Source of the DNA: Clostridia bacterium
GTDB taxonomy: Bacteria; Bacillota; Clostridia; TANB77; CAG-465
Direction of reading: 5' to 3'
NCBI GenBank assembly: GCA_045537895.1
Contig: JAZSQI010000036.1
Location: forward strand, 5,157 to 69,156
Length of the DNA stretch: 64,000 nt
Part shown: positions 40,311-49,594 of the stretch, piece after piece
Layout of the letters: every line of letters begins with the position of its first letter
How positions within the stretch are numbered: position 1 is the stretch's first letter
Translations under genes and position numbers: made by a program
The notes under the pieces: model-generated
The model's database searches: none
What the model was told of the DNA's origin: nothing
What the model saw: only the letters and a program-made list of their open reading frames with translations

Positions 40311-42656
40311 CTACTTAACAATACTATAACCATTTTTTTCAATGTTTTGTAATATTTCATCAGATACAACTTGTATTTCTTCATGAGTTAAAGTTTTATC
40401 ATTAGCTCCAACTGTAAATCTTATTGTAACTTTTTTCTTATCGTCAATATATAAATCATGTAGATTATATGATATTAAATAATCATTAGTATATTTATTT
40501 AATACTTTTTCTAGATTATCATATAGATCATCTTTTTCCATTATTACAGTGTAATCTACTGTAGTTACAGGGTATTTAGATGGTTCTAAATACGCTATAT
40601 CTTCTTTATTTATCTCAAGTAATCTTTCTACATTTAATTCAACATTTACTATCTCTGATTTTTTAGAACATTCTTTTGAAAACATTTTATCAAAAACAGA
40701 TATATACCCTACATCTATTCCATTTGCTTTTATAGCAAGAGAATATTCCTCGTTTATATATTTTCTATTAACGTTAGCTCTTTCAAACGAAACTGATATA
40801 TTTTTATTTGCCTTAATTAGTTTATTTACTAATTTTTTAAGCTCCATGTATTTCTTTTCTAAATTTGATTTTAAACATACTGATAATATACTTAAAATTC
40901 TTTCCTCTTTTTCTTTAGTCATTGTGCTTCCAATTTCAAATATACCATATTCAGAATAATATTTAGAATTCTTTATACATTGTTCAAATAATGATAATGA
41001 TAAATCATCACGAATAATGCTGTTATCTTTTTTATTTACCAATCTTACATTATCATCTTTTTCTATTCCATATTTATTTAATAAATCTGTAGAATACCAT
41101 AAATATGTATGAATTTCACTAAATCCTGTATCTGTAGATACTGTTTTCTTCAAATCATATTCCAAATCGTATTTATTATCTCCATTTGTAACTATTAAAT
41201 CTAGTTTTAATGGTACTTCTTTTAAATTATTATAGCCATATATTCTTGCTATTTCCTCTATTATATCAGCTGAATATGAAATATCTTTTGTAGAACGATA
41301 AGTTGGTGCTGTAACAATATATTCATCTTGAGCTACTTCTACTTTAAAATGCAGCGAATTTAATATTTTACATACAATCTCATCTTCTAAAACAAATCCC
41401 ATATACTTTCTTAAGTAGTCTTTTTTTAGATGTACAATATTTTCTTTAACTTCATTTACATATATATCTTCAAGTCTAGAATCAATTGTAATTTGCTCAT
41501 CTACTTCTTTTAATAATTTTACAAATCTCTTAACTGCTAAAGTAGTCATATTAGGGTCTAAACTTTTTTCATATCTTGCACTAGCCTCTGTTCTTAAACC
41601 TAATTTAGTTGCACTTTTTCTAACACAAGTAGCATCAAAATTTGCAGATTCTAATATTAATGAAGTTGTATCATCATCAATTTCAGAGTTAAGGCCACCC
41701 ATAATACCAGCTATAGCTACTGGTTCTTTTTCATTACATATCATAAGTGTGTTTTCGGGTATTTCTCTTTCTTCAGAATCTAAAGTTGTAAATTTAATCT
41801 TTTCATTTCCTACATTTTTAACAATTATGCTATCTATTTTAGAGCTGTCAAATGCATGCATTGGTTGACCAAGTTCTAACATTAAGAAGTTTGTTAAATC
41901 AACAAGAAGTGAAATACTCCTCATACCACAATAATACAGCATAACTTTCATATCTAACAATGATTCTTTTTTAGTTATATTACCTATTTTTAGACATGAA
42001 TATCTATTACAATTTTCAGTATCTTCAACTTTAATATTTAATGGAGTAGTATTTGTTATTTCATCAAATATTTCTAAAGGTAATAATTCTTTTTCTGATA
42101 TTGCAGCTACTTCTCTTGCTATTCCATAATGGCCCCACATATCAGGTCTATTTGTTAAAGATTTATTATCTATTTCAATTATAAGATCATCAATTGGAAT
42201 GTATTTTTTTATGTTTTCACCAATTTCATATGATTTATCTAAATCCATTACGCCTAAGTGACTATCGCTTATTCCAAGTTCTCTTTCACTAGCAAGTACA
42301 CCTTCACTAGGAACTCCACCTAAATTTGCTGATGTTACTTTATCTAACCCTTTTAAGCTTCCACCTTGAAGTGCACAAGGAACATACATGCCCTCATACA
42401 AATTAGTTGCGCTACTTACAACAGTTATATTTTTGCCACTACCTATATCTAGTTTTGCAACATTATATTTTTCATTTGATGGATGCTTTGAAAGCTGTAA
42501 TATTTTTGCTACTACAACATTTTGTATATCGTTACCTTTTTCTTCTATACCATCTATTTCAGCAGAGCGAATAGTAAAGTCTTGCCATACCTTTTTAAAA
42601 TCAATAGTATCTGCATCTTTTATATATTTTTTTAAACAATTAGTTGATATATACAT
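40311..42656 (-). CDS. pheT: Phenylalanyl-tRNA synthetase beta subunit
   Basis: 781 aa with an N-terminal tRNA-binding domain and B3/4, B5 and FDX-ACB-like regions. Confidence 0.93.
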   Translation of the reverse strand: MYISTNCLKKYIKDADTIDFKKVWQDFTIRSAEIDGIEEKGNDIQNVVVAKILQLSKHPSNEKYNVAKLDIGSGKNITVVSSATNLYEGMYVPCALQGGSLKGLDKVTSANLGGVPSEGVLASERELGISDSHLGVMDLDKSYEIGENIKKYIPIDDLIIEIDNKSLTNRPDMWGHYGIAREVAAISEKELLPLEIFDEITNTTPLNIKVEDTENCNRYSCLKIGNITKKESLLDMKVMLYYCGMRSISLLVDLTNFLMLELGQPMHAFDSSKIDSIIVKNVGNEKIKFTTLDSEEREIPENTLMICNEKEPVAIAGIMGGLNSEIDDDTTSLILESANFDATCVRKSATKLGLRTEASARYEKSLDPNMTTLAVKRFVKLLKEVDEQITIDSRLEDIYVNEVKENIVHLKKDYLRKYMGFVLEDEIVCKILNSLHFKVEVAQDEYIVTAPTYRSTKDISYSADIIEEIARIYGYNNLKEVPLKLDLIVTNGDNKYDLEYDLKKTVSTDTGFSEIHTYLWYSTDLLNKYGIEKDDNVRLVNKKDNSIIRDDLSLSLFEQCIKNSKYYSEYGIFEIGSTMTKEKEERILSILSVCLKSNLEKKYMELKKLVNKLIKANKNISVSFERANVNRKYINEEYSLAIKANGIDVGYISVFDKMFSKECSKKSEIVNVELNVERLLEINKEDIAYLEPSKYPVTTVDYTVIMEKDDLYDNLEKVLNKYTNDYLISYNLHDLYIDDKKKVTIRFTVGANDKTLTHEEIQVVSDEILQNIEKNGYSIVK

Positions 42657-42668
42657 TTTACGCCCTCC

Positions 42669-43682
42669 TTATTTAATTCCAAATTGTTTTAAATGTCTAA
42701 TTTCACCTGAATTTAAAACCCTTATATCATTTATTTTGTATTTCATCATTGCCATACGAGTAAGTCCTATACCAAACGCAAATCCACTATACTCATCTGG
42801 ATTTATTCCTCCCATTCTTAAAACTTCTGGATGTATCATTCCACAAGGGCATAGTTCAAGCCATCCACTATTTTTACAAGTTGGACATCCTTCACCTTGG
42901 CATATTAAGCATTTTATATCTAGTTCAAAGCCTGGCTCAACAAATGGGAAAAATCCTGGTCTTAATCTTACTTCTATATCTTTTTTATATATTTCCTTTA
43001 ATATATTTTTCATTACATATATTAAATTACTAATAGATACTTCTTTATCTATTACCATTCCTTCTAATTGGAAGAATGTATTTTCATGACAAGCATCCAA
43101 ATCTTCATTTCTAAAACATCTTCCTGGTGCTGCCATTCTAAGAGGTGCTCCATATATTTCCATACTTCTTGCTTGTACTGGTGAAGTATGAGTTCTTAAA
43201 ACATCACCTAAATCAGTCCAATATGTATCCTGCATATCTCTTGCAGGATGATTTTTAGGTATATTAAGGGCTTCAAAGTTATAATATTCTTTTTCCATTT
43301 CAGGTCCAGATACAATTATAAATCCCATCTTTTTTAATACTTCTGCAACTTCATTTGCAACAATAGTAATAGGGCTAAGTGATCCTATTTCTTCATCTAC
43401 AGGAACAGTATTATCAAAAATTCTTTTATTTTCTTTTTTTGATACTAACTCATCCATTTTGCTTTTTACACTTTTTTCTATGTAACCTTTTATTTCATTC
43501 GCAAGCTTTCCTACTATTTTTTTATCTTCTATAGATAAATCTTTCATACTTCTCATTACTTGCATAATTTCACTATCTTTTCCAAGATATTCTGATTTTA
43601 TTTTTAATATATCTTGCTCACTAGTAGCTTTTGATATTGCATGAATTGCACTATCTTTTAACGCTTCTAACTTTTCTTTCAT
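42669..43682 (-). CDS. pheS: Phenylalanyl-tRNA synthetase alpha subunit
   Basis: HPARDMQDT, CFRNE and FFQLEG motifs, with GFAFGIGLTR at the C-terminus. Confidence 0.95.
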   Translation of the reverse strand: MKEKLEALKDSAIHAISKATSEQDILKIKSEYLGKDSEIMQVMRSMKDLSIEDKKIVGKLANEIKGYIEKSVKSKMDELVSKKENKRIFDNTVPVDEEIGSLSPITIVANEVAEVLKKMGFIIVSGPEMEKEYYNFEALNIPKNHPARDMQDTYWTDLGDVLRTHTSPVQARSMEIYGAPLRMAAPGRCFRNEDLDACHENTFFQLEGMVIDKEVSISNLIYVMKNILKEIYKKDIEVRLRPGFFPFVEPGFELDIKCLICQGEGCPTCKNSGWLELCPCGMIHPEVLRMGGINPDEYSGFAFGIGLTRMAMMKYKINDIRVLNSGEIRHLKQFGIK

Positions 43683-43690
43683 ATTTATTC

Positions 43691-44224
43691 CTACTTTCCA
43701 AATTTTTCTTTATATGCTTTTATACAACTATCAACTATTTCAATTGCTTCTTCTTTTCCTTTAAATCCTCTGATTTCTACTTTTTTCTCTTCAAATGCTT
43801 TATACACATTAAAGAAATGTTCCATTTCAATAGTTATATGTTCAGGTAAATCTTCTAACTTTTTAAACGAAGAATATACTCTATCTTTTACTGGAACTGC
43901 TATAATTTTTTCATCTAAGCGACCATCATCTTCCATAAGCATAACTCCAATTGGTCTTACTTCTAATATAACACTCTGAGGAATTGCTTCTTGGCACAAT
44001 ACAAGAACATCAAGAGGGTCATCATCATTTGCATAAGTTTTTGGTATAAAACCATAGTTTGCAGGATATTGCACAGATGTACTAAGTACTCTATCTAACT
44101 TTACAAGTCCTGTTTCCTTATCTAATTCATATTTATTTTTGCTTCCTTTAGGTATTTCAATAAACGCCCAAAATCTATCTTTTTTTATTCTCTTAATATT
44201 AAAATCATGCCATGCATTAAACAT
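43691..44224 (-). CDS. ppa: Inorganic pyrophosphatase, family I
   Basis: 177 aa with [19 protein letters not shown] and DDDPLDVLV motifs. Confidence 0.9.
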   Translation of the reverse strand: MFNAWHDFNIKRIKKDRFWAFIEIPKGSKNKYELDKETGLVKLDRVLSTSVQYPANYGFIPKTYANDDDPLDVLVLCQEAIPQSVILEVRPIGVMLMEDDGRLDEKIIAVPVKDRVYSSFKKLEDLPEHITIEMEHFFNVYKAFEEKKVEIRGFKGKEEAIEIVDSCIKAYKEKFGK

Positions 44225-44437
44225 ACTAATTCCTTCTTTCTTACAAAACGTAATATTTTACTAAAAAATTATATAATATATATGCTTAAAATGCAAGGTT
44301 TCAAGTATTTATTTTTACGTAATTCTATTAGCTTTTTTACCTACTTTTTATATCTGATCTTAAAAATATTTCCACCTAAAAATTCTTAGCGCATTATATT
44401 AATGTAAATATAGATTGTTTCTTCAAATAGCAAAACA

Positions 44438-44480
44438 AAAGCAATAAACAATTACTTAATTGTAATATATTTATTGCTTT
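44438..44480 (-). terminator. Terminator after the pilin-like hydrolase gene
   Basis: AAAGCAATAAA...TTTATTGCTTT stem, with a T-rich tail on the minus strand. Confidence 0.65.
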
Positions 44481-44498
44481 CTAGAAATAATCAAAATA

Positions 44499-46181
44499 TT
44501 ATATATTAGCACAAAGTGCACTATATACTACATTTGCTATTTTTGTATAACCACTTGTCAATGGATGTATAGAATCACTTGTTCCGAAGTCATTTACCAT
44601 ATCTACAGCTAGCTCTATTGGAACTATTGTAACATTATTATATGTTCCAAAAGTGCTATAGAAATATTTTAAGAAGTTATATGCTGTTCCTATTCTATAA
44701 TATTTATTTACTGTAGTCATTGGTGTTATTAAATATATTGGTAAATCAGCATCATATGATTTTATATTATCTACTATTGCTTTTAGCTTTATATCTTCAA
44801 GTGTTCTATTCGGATAATACGACCCATTAATATTCATATCATTAGTTCCTAAAAATACCATTACCGAATCATAACTTGCATTATTTGTCTCTATATAATA
44901 TTCATAATCAAAAGTGCCTTTTTCTGAATTATAGAATGGATTTGTAATATTTGCTATAGTAGATGCCGTATAATAATTTTGTGTTGAGGCACCACTAATT
45001 GCAGATTCAATAATATCAATCTTCCCATCTGACATAGTTTCTACATCTGTAATCCACGATTTATTGTTTGACAAACTATCTCCTATCAATAATATATCTT
45101 GTTCTTTACTAATTGTATTTTCTACAACATTTATCTTTATAGTTTCACCATCAACTATTTTATTATCTTCATTATATACTGATACTTTTGCTGTATAATT
45201 ACCTATATCTTCACTTGTAGGACTAAATGATATTCCATCACTATTACTTGTTCCTATGTCACACTCCCATTTAAATGTTAATTCTTCCCAATGTGAATTA
45301 AGACATATGTTTGAATTATATATATTAAATGTTGCTCCTACACATACATCAATTTCTTCTGGTAAATATGTTTCATAATCTACAATTGCATAGGCTTTCA
45401 TATATTCAGAATAATATTTAGGTGGTTCATTTTTACAAATAACAAGTGTATCTGCCAATTTTACTTTACCGTTACCTGTACTAAAGGAAAATCTTACATA
45501 AGATACACCTTCTGGAACTTCCCATGGAATTGGCTCATTATTATTGTCACTATCGAATGACCTTCCACCAGTTTGCTCTTCTTTTATGAAATTTTTATTT
45601 TCATCAAAATATGCAACATATACTACATTTTGAAGATGATAGTAAGCAGTTATAAATTGATAATCAAACGCTGCATATTTTGGTACATATGCAGACCAAT
45701 ATAATTTATCCCCTGGATTTACTGGTATATACCCCGTTAACATATAATTATCATTTTTACCTTCTTTTGGACCTCTCTGAAAATACCCTATCTTCATCTC
45801 TTCTTTATTGTACAAATTTACATTTTCTACCGGAACTTTAATTATATCATATTCATTTATATATACTACTCCATTATCGCTTATTTTTACTTTATTAATT
45901 TCTACATCTGTAAAACCATTTTTTAATAATTTTGTTTTAATATAGTCAATTTTCGGTTCCTCTGCATTTCCCAAGTTTTTTTCAAGATCCCATTCTGCTG
46001 CTGCCAAATTTGCAGCTTCGAGTAAAGCTGCCTCGTTAGTAGCAGTTTTTGCTTCTCCTGCTTTTCCAATTATTCCACTTCCATTTAGTGCTAAAATAAT
46101 TGTTGTTGCTAAGATTATCATTACAATTATTGTTATTACTAGTACTATTAATGATATTCCCTTCTTTTGTTTAATTTTCAT
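44499..46181 (-). CDS. Pilin-like N-terminal anchor, central Ig-like domain and C-terminal SGNH/GDSL hydrolase
   Basis: MKIKQKKGISLIVLVITIIVMIILA resembles a prepilin N-terminus but lacks Glu5. The SGNH blocks are LLIGDSLS, GTND and DSIHP. The ATG at 46181 follows a GAGGGAGG SD. Confidence 0.7.
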   Translation of the reverse strand: MKIKQKKGISLIVLVITIIVMIILATTIILALNGSGIIGKAGEAKTATNEAALLEAANLAAAEWDLEKNLGNAEEPKIDYIKTKLLKNGFTDVEINKVKISDNGVVYINEYDIIKVPVENVNLYNKEEMKIGYFQRGPKEGKNDNYMLTGYIPVNPGDKLYWSAYVPKYAAFDYQFITAYYHLQNVVYVAYFDENKNFIKEEQTGGRSFDSDNNNEPIPWEVPEGVSYVRFSFSTGNGKVKLADTLVICKNEPPKYYSEYMKAYAIVDYETYLPEEIDVCVGATFNIYNSNICLNSHWEELTFKWECDIGTSNSDGISFSPTSEDIGNYTAKVSVYNEDNKIVDGETIKINVVENTISKEQDILLIGDSLSNNKSWITDVETMSDGKIDIIESAISGASTQNYYTASTIANITNPFYNSEKGTFDYEYYIETNNASYDSVMVFLGTNDMNINGSYYPNRTLEDIKLKAIVDNIKSYDADLPIYLITPMTTVNKYYRIGTAYNFLKYFYSTFGTYNNVTIVPIELAVDMVNDFGTSDSIHPLTSGYTKIANVVYSALCANI

Positions 46182-46268
46182 TTCAATTCCTCCCTCTTCT
46201 TTTATTAAACAATATTTATATATAATCACAACTTAATTGTGTTTATATCAGCACTATTTTTTAGGCGC

Positions 46269-46306
46269 AAAAAAGCCAGCTATGTAAAAACTACATAACT
46301 AGCTTT
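46269..46306 (-). terminator. Intrinsic terminator in the leader of the hydrolase gene
   Basis: Minus strand GCTAGTTATGT-AGTTTTT-ACATAGCTGGC followed by TTTTTT. The stem is 11 bp including two G-U pairs. Confidence 0.7.
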
Positions 46307-46355
46307 ATATTTATATTTTTAGGCATGCTAACTAAATCTAGACTATTTCTAGATA

Positions 46356-46433
<78 letters not shown>

Positions 46434-46464
46434 ATTTTATTTTTCACCTCTTATACTCGTAATT

Positions 46465-46493
46465 ATTTTACAATATTCTATTTTTTTATTCAA
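46465..46493 (-). promoter_or_regulatory. sigma-A type promoter (TTGAAT-17-TAAAAT) for the mini-ORF transcript
   Basis: -35 is the reverse complement of 46488-46493 and -10 is the reverse complement of 46465-46470. Confidence 0.55.
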
Positions 46494-46552
46494 CTATTTT
46501 TTATATTGTAATATATTTGTAATATTTTCGTAACATTACAGTTTACGTAACC

Positions 46553-46580
46553 TTGACAAATTTATATATTATGATATAAT
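46553..46580 (+). promoter_or_regulatory. Promoter (TTGACA-16-TATAAT, with TGa upstream) for the 46.7 kb plus-strand gene
   Basis: TTGACA at 46553-46558 and TGATATAAT at 46572-46580. Confidence 0.65.
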
Positions 46581-46692
46581 TATTTAGATAATACATTTTG
46601 ATTGTATTGTAATTACAGTACATAACGTTAAGATGTTTATTTTTATCCAACTTTTTAAAAACTAATTAACTTTATGAATATTTTTTAATGAG

Positions 46693-46947
46693 GTGTTAAT
46701 TTTGACAGCAAAAGAAAGACGTAAATTAAAGCATACATTAAAAACAAACATTGATCGTGCAGACATGTACATCAAATTAGCTCTTATAGGTAATGGTATT
46801 GGTATAAATACCGATGAGTATCGTGACGAAACTAAAGAATCAAGAGCTACTATTGTTAAAGATTTAACAATGCTAAGAGACGCAATTTCTAAAGACTCCT
46901 CCTCCCTTCTCTCCGAGATAGATAATTTAATATCTAATCTTAAGTAA
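46693..46947 (+). CDS. Small helical protein of unknown function
   Basis: 84 aa. The start could instead be the TTG at 46702, 6 nt after a GAGGTG SD. I do not recognise a family with any confidence. Confidence 0.55.
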   Translation: MLILTAKERRKLKHTLKTNIDRADMYIKLALIGNGIGINTDEYRDETKESRATIVKDLTMLRDAISKDSSSLLSEIDNLISNLK

Positions 46948-46973
46948 ATAATTATATATTCATAAAAAGTTGG

Positions 46974-47004
46974 AAAAGACGCAGACTAAAAATCTGCGTC
47001 TTTT
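46974..47004. terminator. Bidirectional terminator between convergent genes
   Basis: AAGACGCAGA-7 nt-TCTGCGTCTT with A-rich and T-rich flanks. Confidence 0.8.
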
Positions 47005-47028
47005 AAATATTAATCGAATATTTTGCTT

Positions 47029-48057
47029 CTATTCAACGTAGGATGCCCATAATTTATAATAGTAATTAAACTCTTCGATTCCCGTAATATCATAAAATAT
47101 TTTGCAAAATACTATGTGGTATCTGTGATACGGGACACCAACATGTGGTTTTTCTAATCCCCATGTAATATGTGATAAATCATATGCTGTAAAACCTCCT
47201 ATATCATAGTATGGTAATATCTGTACTAAAGTTTTAATACCTAAATCAAAATATTCCTTAGCTATTTCGCTTGTTGGATCAGCAACACAGCTCCAGTCAT
47301 ATAGTCCTATTAATGTAAACATAAAGCCATTCAAAGTATACGTTGGAGGTAAACATGGATATTCTTCATAAATTTTATACTTTTTTAAAGATTTATGTAA
47401 TGCGTACATCGATGTAAACATTCCTCCTTCTTCTATTGGTTTATTCCAAACTGCCAACTCTTTTTCAGCAGCCTCCCTATATTTGGAATTGTTAGTTACA
47501 TTATAAGCTCTAGCCAATACAGAAAGAAAATGACCCGAATCCATACCTGAAACCCATCCTGGTTTAAAATAATTTTTACTATCGACATAATATGGATATG
47601 AAAACTCGTATGGTAATTGTCCTTCTTTACTTTGCATAGACATTAGAAAATCTGCAATTTTCAAAAACTCTTCTTTATCCACTTTTCCGTTTAAATATTG
47701 ACCATAAACAGTTAAAGCATGTTGAGCAGTAGTGCATGGATTATATCTATACTATCCATCATATTCTACCATAACCATTCCTTCTAAATCAGTTTTCAAT
47801 GAGGAAAAATTTCTATATGTTGACCAGTTTAAATAATCACCAAAAGCATCATAACCATTTTCCGAAAGAAAAACTGTATGGTCACAATTTCTTGCTTTAT
47901 ATTCTTCAACTGATTTTTTTGCAATCTCCGAATAAGTTTTATTAGCTGGTATTTCTGGCCATTTTTCATAACAAATTAATTTAGTAATAACAAAACTAGT
48001 AATTATTAGTATAATTGCAATAACACAAAATTTATATATTTTAAATTTATTCACCAT
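47029..48057 (-). pseudogene. D-glucuronyl C5-epimerase-like protein (TM anchor plus catalytic domain) interrupted by one in-frame TAG at 47752-47754
   Basis: Track ORFs 47752-48057 and 47029-47682 are in the same frame. The 23 codons between them (YRYNPCTTAQHALTVYGQYLNGK) look like coding sequence. GWVSGMDSGHFLSVLARAY resembles the C5-epimerase C-terminal domain. Confidence 0.6.
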
Positions 48058-48110
48058 TTTTTCTCCTTTATTTTACTTGCTTAAGCATTATTATCTATTA
48101 AAATTATATG

Positions 48111-49583
48111 TTAATTGCCCAAAATATTATTTATTTCCTGCTTTGCATTATCCACTGTTGATTGATCTGGAACCATAACATATAACAATTGTGAACCATA
48201 TGAATATGTTATTTCATTTGCTCCTATTCCATTTACACTTATAGATTTAATAGTCCAACCAGACATATCATTTAATAAGGTCTTAACCATTTCACTTATA
48301 TCATTTTGAGATATATTAGTTTGAAAATACCCTTCTAACGCACTTAAAATACTTGTGTACTTTGTTAATATGGTATCGCTACTTAATACTTTATTCATTA
48401 TAGCTGTAATAACTGCTTGTTGATTTTTTATTCTTTGTCTATCTCCTCCTGGAAGTGTATTTCTTTCCCTACTAAATATCAAAGCCTTCTTTCCATTTAA
48501 TTGATTTGTACCTTTTCTAAAACTATAGCCCAAACTACTAAATGCATATTCTGAATATACCTCTATACCACCTAAAGTATCAATTAATTTTTGAAGTGTT
48601 GTAAAGTTTACTCTAACATAATAATTTATATCAATATCAAACAAGTCTTCAACCGTAGCAACGGTTTCATTTATTCCATACATTCCTGAATGTGTCAATT
48701 TATCTTTTTTTCCTTTACTATGTAATGTAACATAAAAATCTCTTGGTATGGAAGTTAGCAATATTTCCTTTGTATCAGCATTAACCGTAATTAATATATT
48801 AGCATCACTTCTTGCAACATTTGTAATACTACCAGATGTGTCTATACCACTTACATATATATTAAACCTACCATTTTTAATAGAATATATACTATCTTCT
48901 TTATCACTCGGTTCTTGAATTCTTTTTTCAATTTTGTGTTTAATTGTATAAATTATTTTTGTTTTTTTATCAAAATCTGAAATTTCATCATCAATCATCT
49001 CATATTGTGATGCACTTACTAAAGCAAAATAACTTTTTTGAGATATTATATCTTCTGCTAATTTATTTAAGTTTTCATCTTCCTTAAACAATACTTTTGC
49101 TTTTGTTTTAATTTCTTCTTTAACATCTTCATACTCTTCACCTCTACTGAATACATGGATGTTTTTCCCATCTGCTTCTTCTATTTTACTAAAATTACTA
49201 CTTGCCGATACAATAACATGATATTCTTCAGTTTGCTCTATTTCCTCTGATATTGAACTAATAAAAGACATGGTTTTATTTAAATAACTATACAAAAAAA
49301 CATATATAGCTGTTATTAAAATAGCTATAATTATACATATAATGTTTATTACTATCTTTTTTCTTTTTTTAGCAATTCCAACACATATTGCTCCTGTTAT
49401 AATTAAATCTAATAATCCTATAACAACTAGATAAAGTGTTGGCAACATATTAAGACTTAATCCATATATATAGAATAATACACTCACTAATAAAAAGATA
49501 GAACAAATTATTTTAAAGAATACATTTACTTTTTTATTAGCATGTTTATCTATTTCATTATCATTTATTTTTCTTCTTGACAT
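48111..49583 (-). CDS. LytR-CpsA-Psr (LCP) family glycopolymer-to-peptidoglycan ligase
   Basis: N-terminal TM segments followed by LTSIPRD.YV, NYYVRVNF and GDRQRIKNQQ motifs. Confidence 0.85.
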   Translation of the reverse strand: MSRRKINDNEIDKHANKKVNVFFKIICSIFLLVSVLFYIYGLSLNMLPTLYLVVIGLLDLIITGAICVGIAKKRKKIVINIICIIIAILITAIYVFLYSYLNKTMSFISSISEEIEQTEEYHVIVSASSNFSKIEEADGKNIHVFSRGEEYEDVKEEIKTKAKVLFKEDENLNKLAEDIISQKSYFALVSASQYEMIDDEISDFDKKTKIIYTIKHKIEKRIQEPSDKEDSIYSIKNGRFNIYVSGIDTSGSITNVARSDANILITVNADTKEILLTSIPRDFYVTLHSKGKKDKLTHSGMYGINETVATVEDLFDIDINYYVRVNFTTLQKLIDTLGGIEVYSEYAFSSLGYSFRKGTNQLNGKKALIFSRERNTLPGGDRQRIKNQQAVITAIMNKVLSSDTILTKYTSILSALEGYFQTNISQNDISEMVKTLLNDMSGWTIKSISVNGIGANEITYSYGSQLLYVMVPDQSTVDNAKQEINNILGN

Positions 49584-49594
49584 TAATATCCTCC

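Noticed and set aside
42388-43089. A 233-aa plus-strand ORF spanning the pheS/pheT junction, plus similar long antisense ORFs (10420-10803, 13598-14041, 19960-20400, 49605-49997, 58198-58635).
   Set aside because: Each lies entirely antisense to a well-supported gene, has no SD, and encodes low-complexity Ile/Phe/Ser/Leu-rich sequence typical of shadow frames. I treat them as non-coding.
47752-47754. The in-frame TAG as evidence of pyrrolysine or a reassigned amber codon.
   Set aside because: TAG terminates several clearly complete genes in this window (4223, 39744, 40311, 47029), and no pyl genes are visible. A nonsense mutation or a sequencing error is far more likely.
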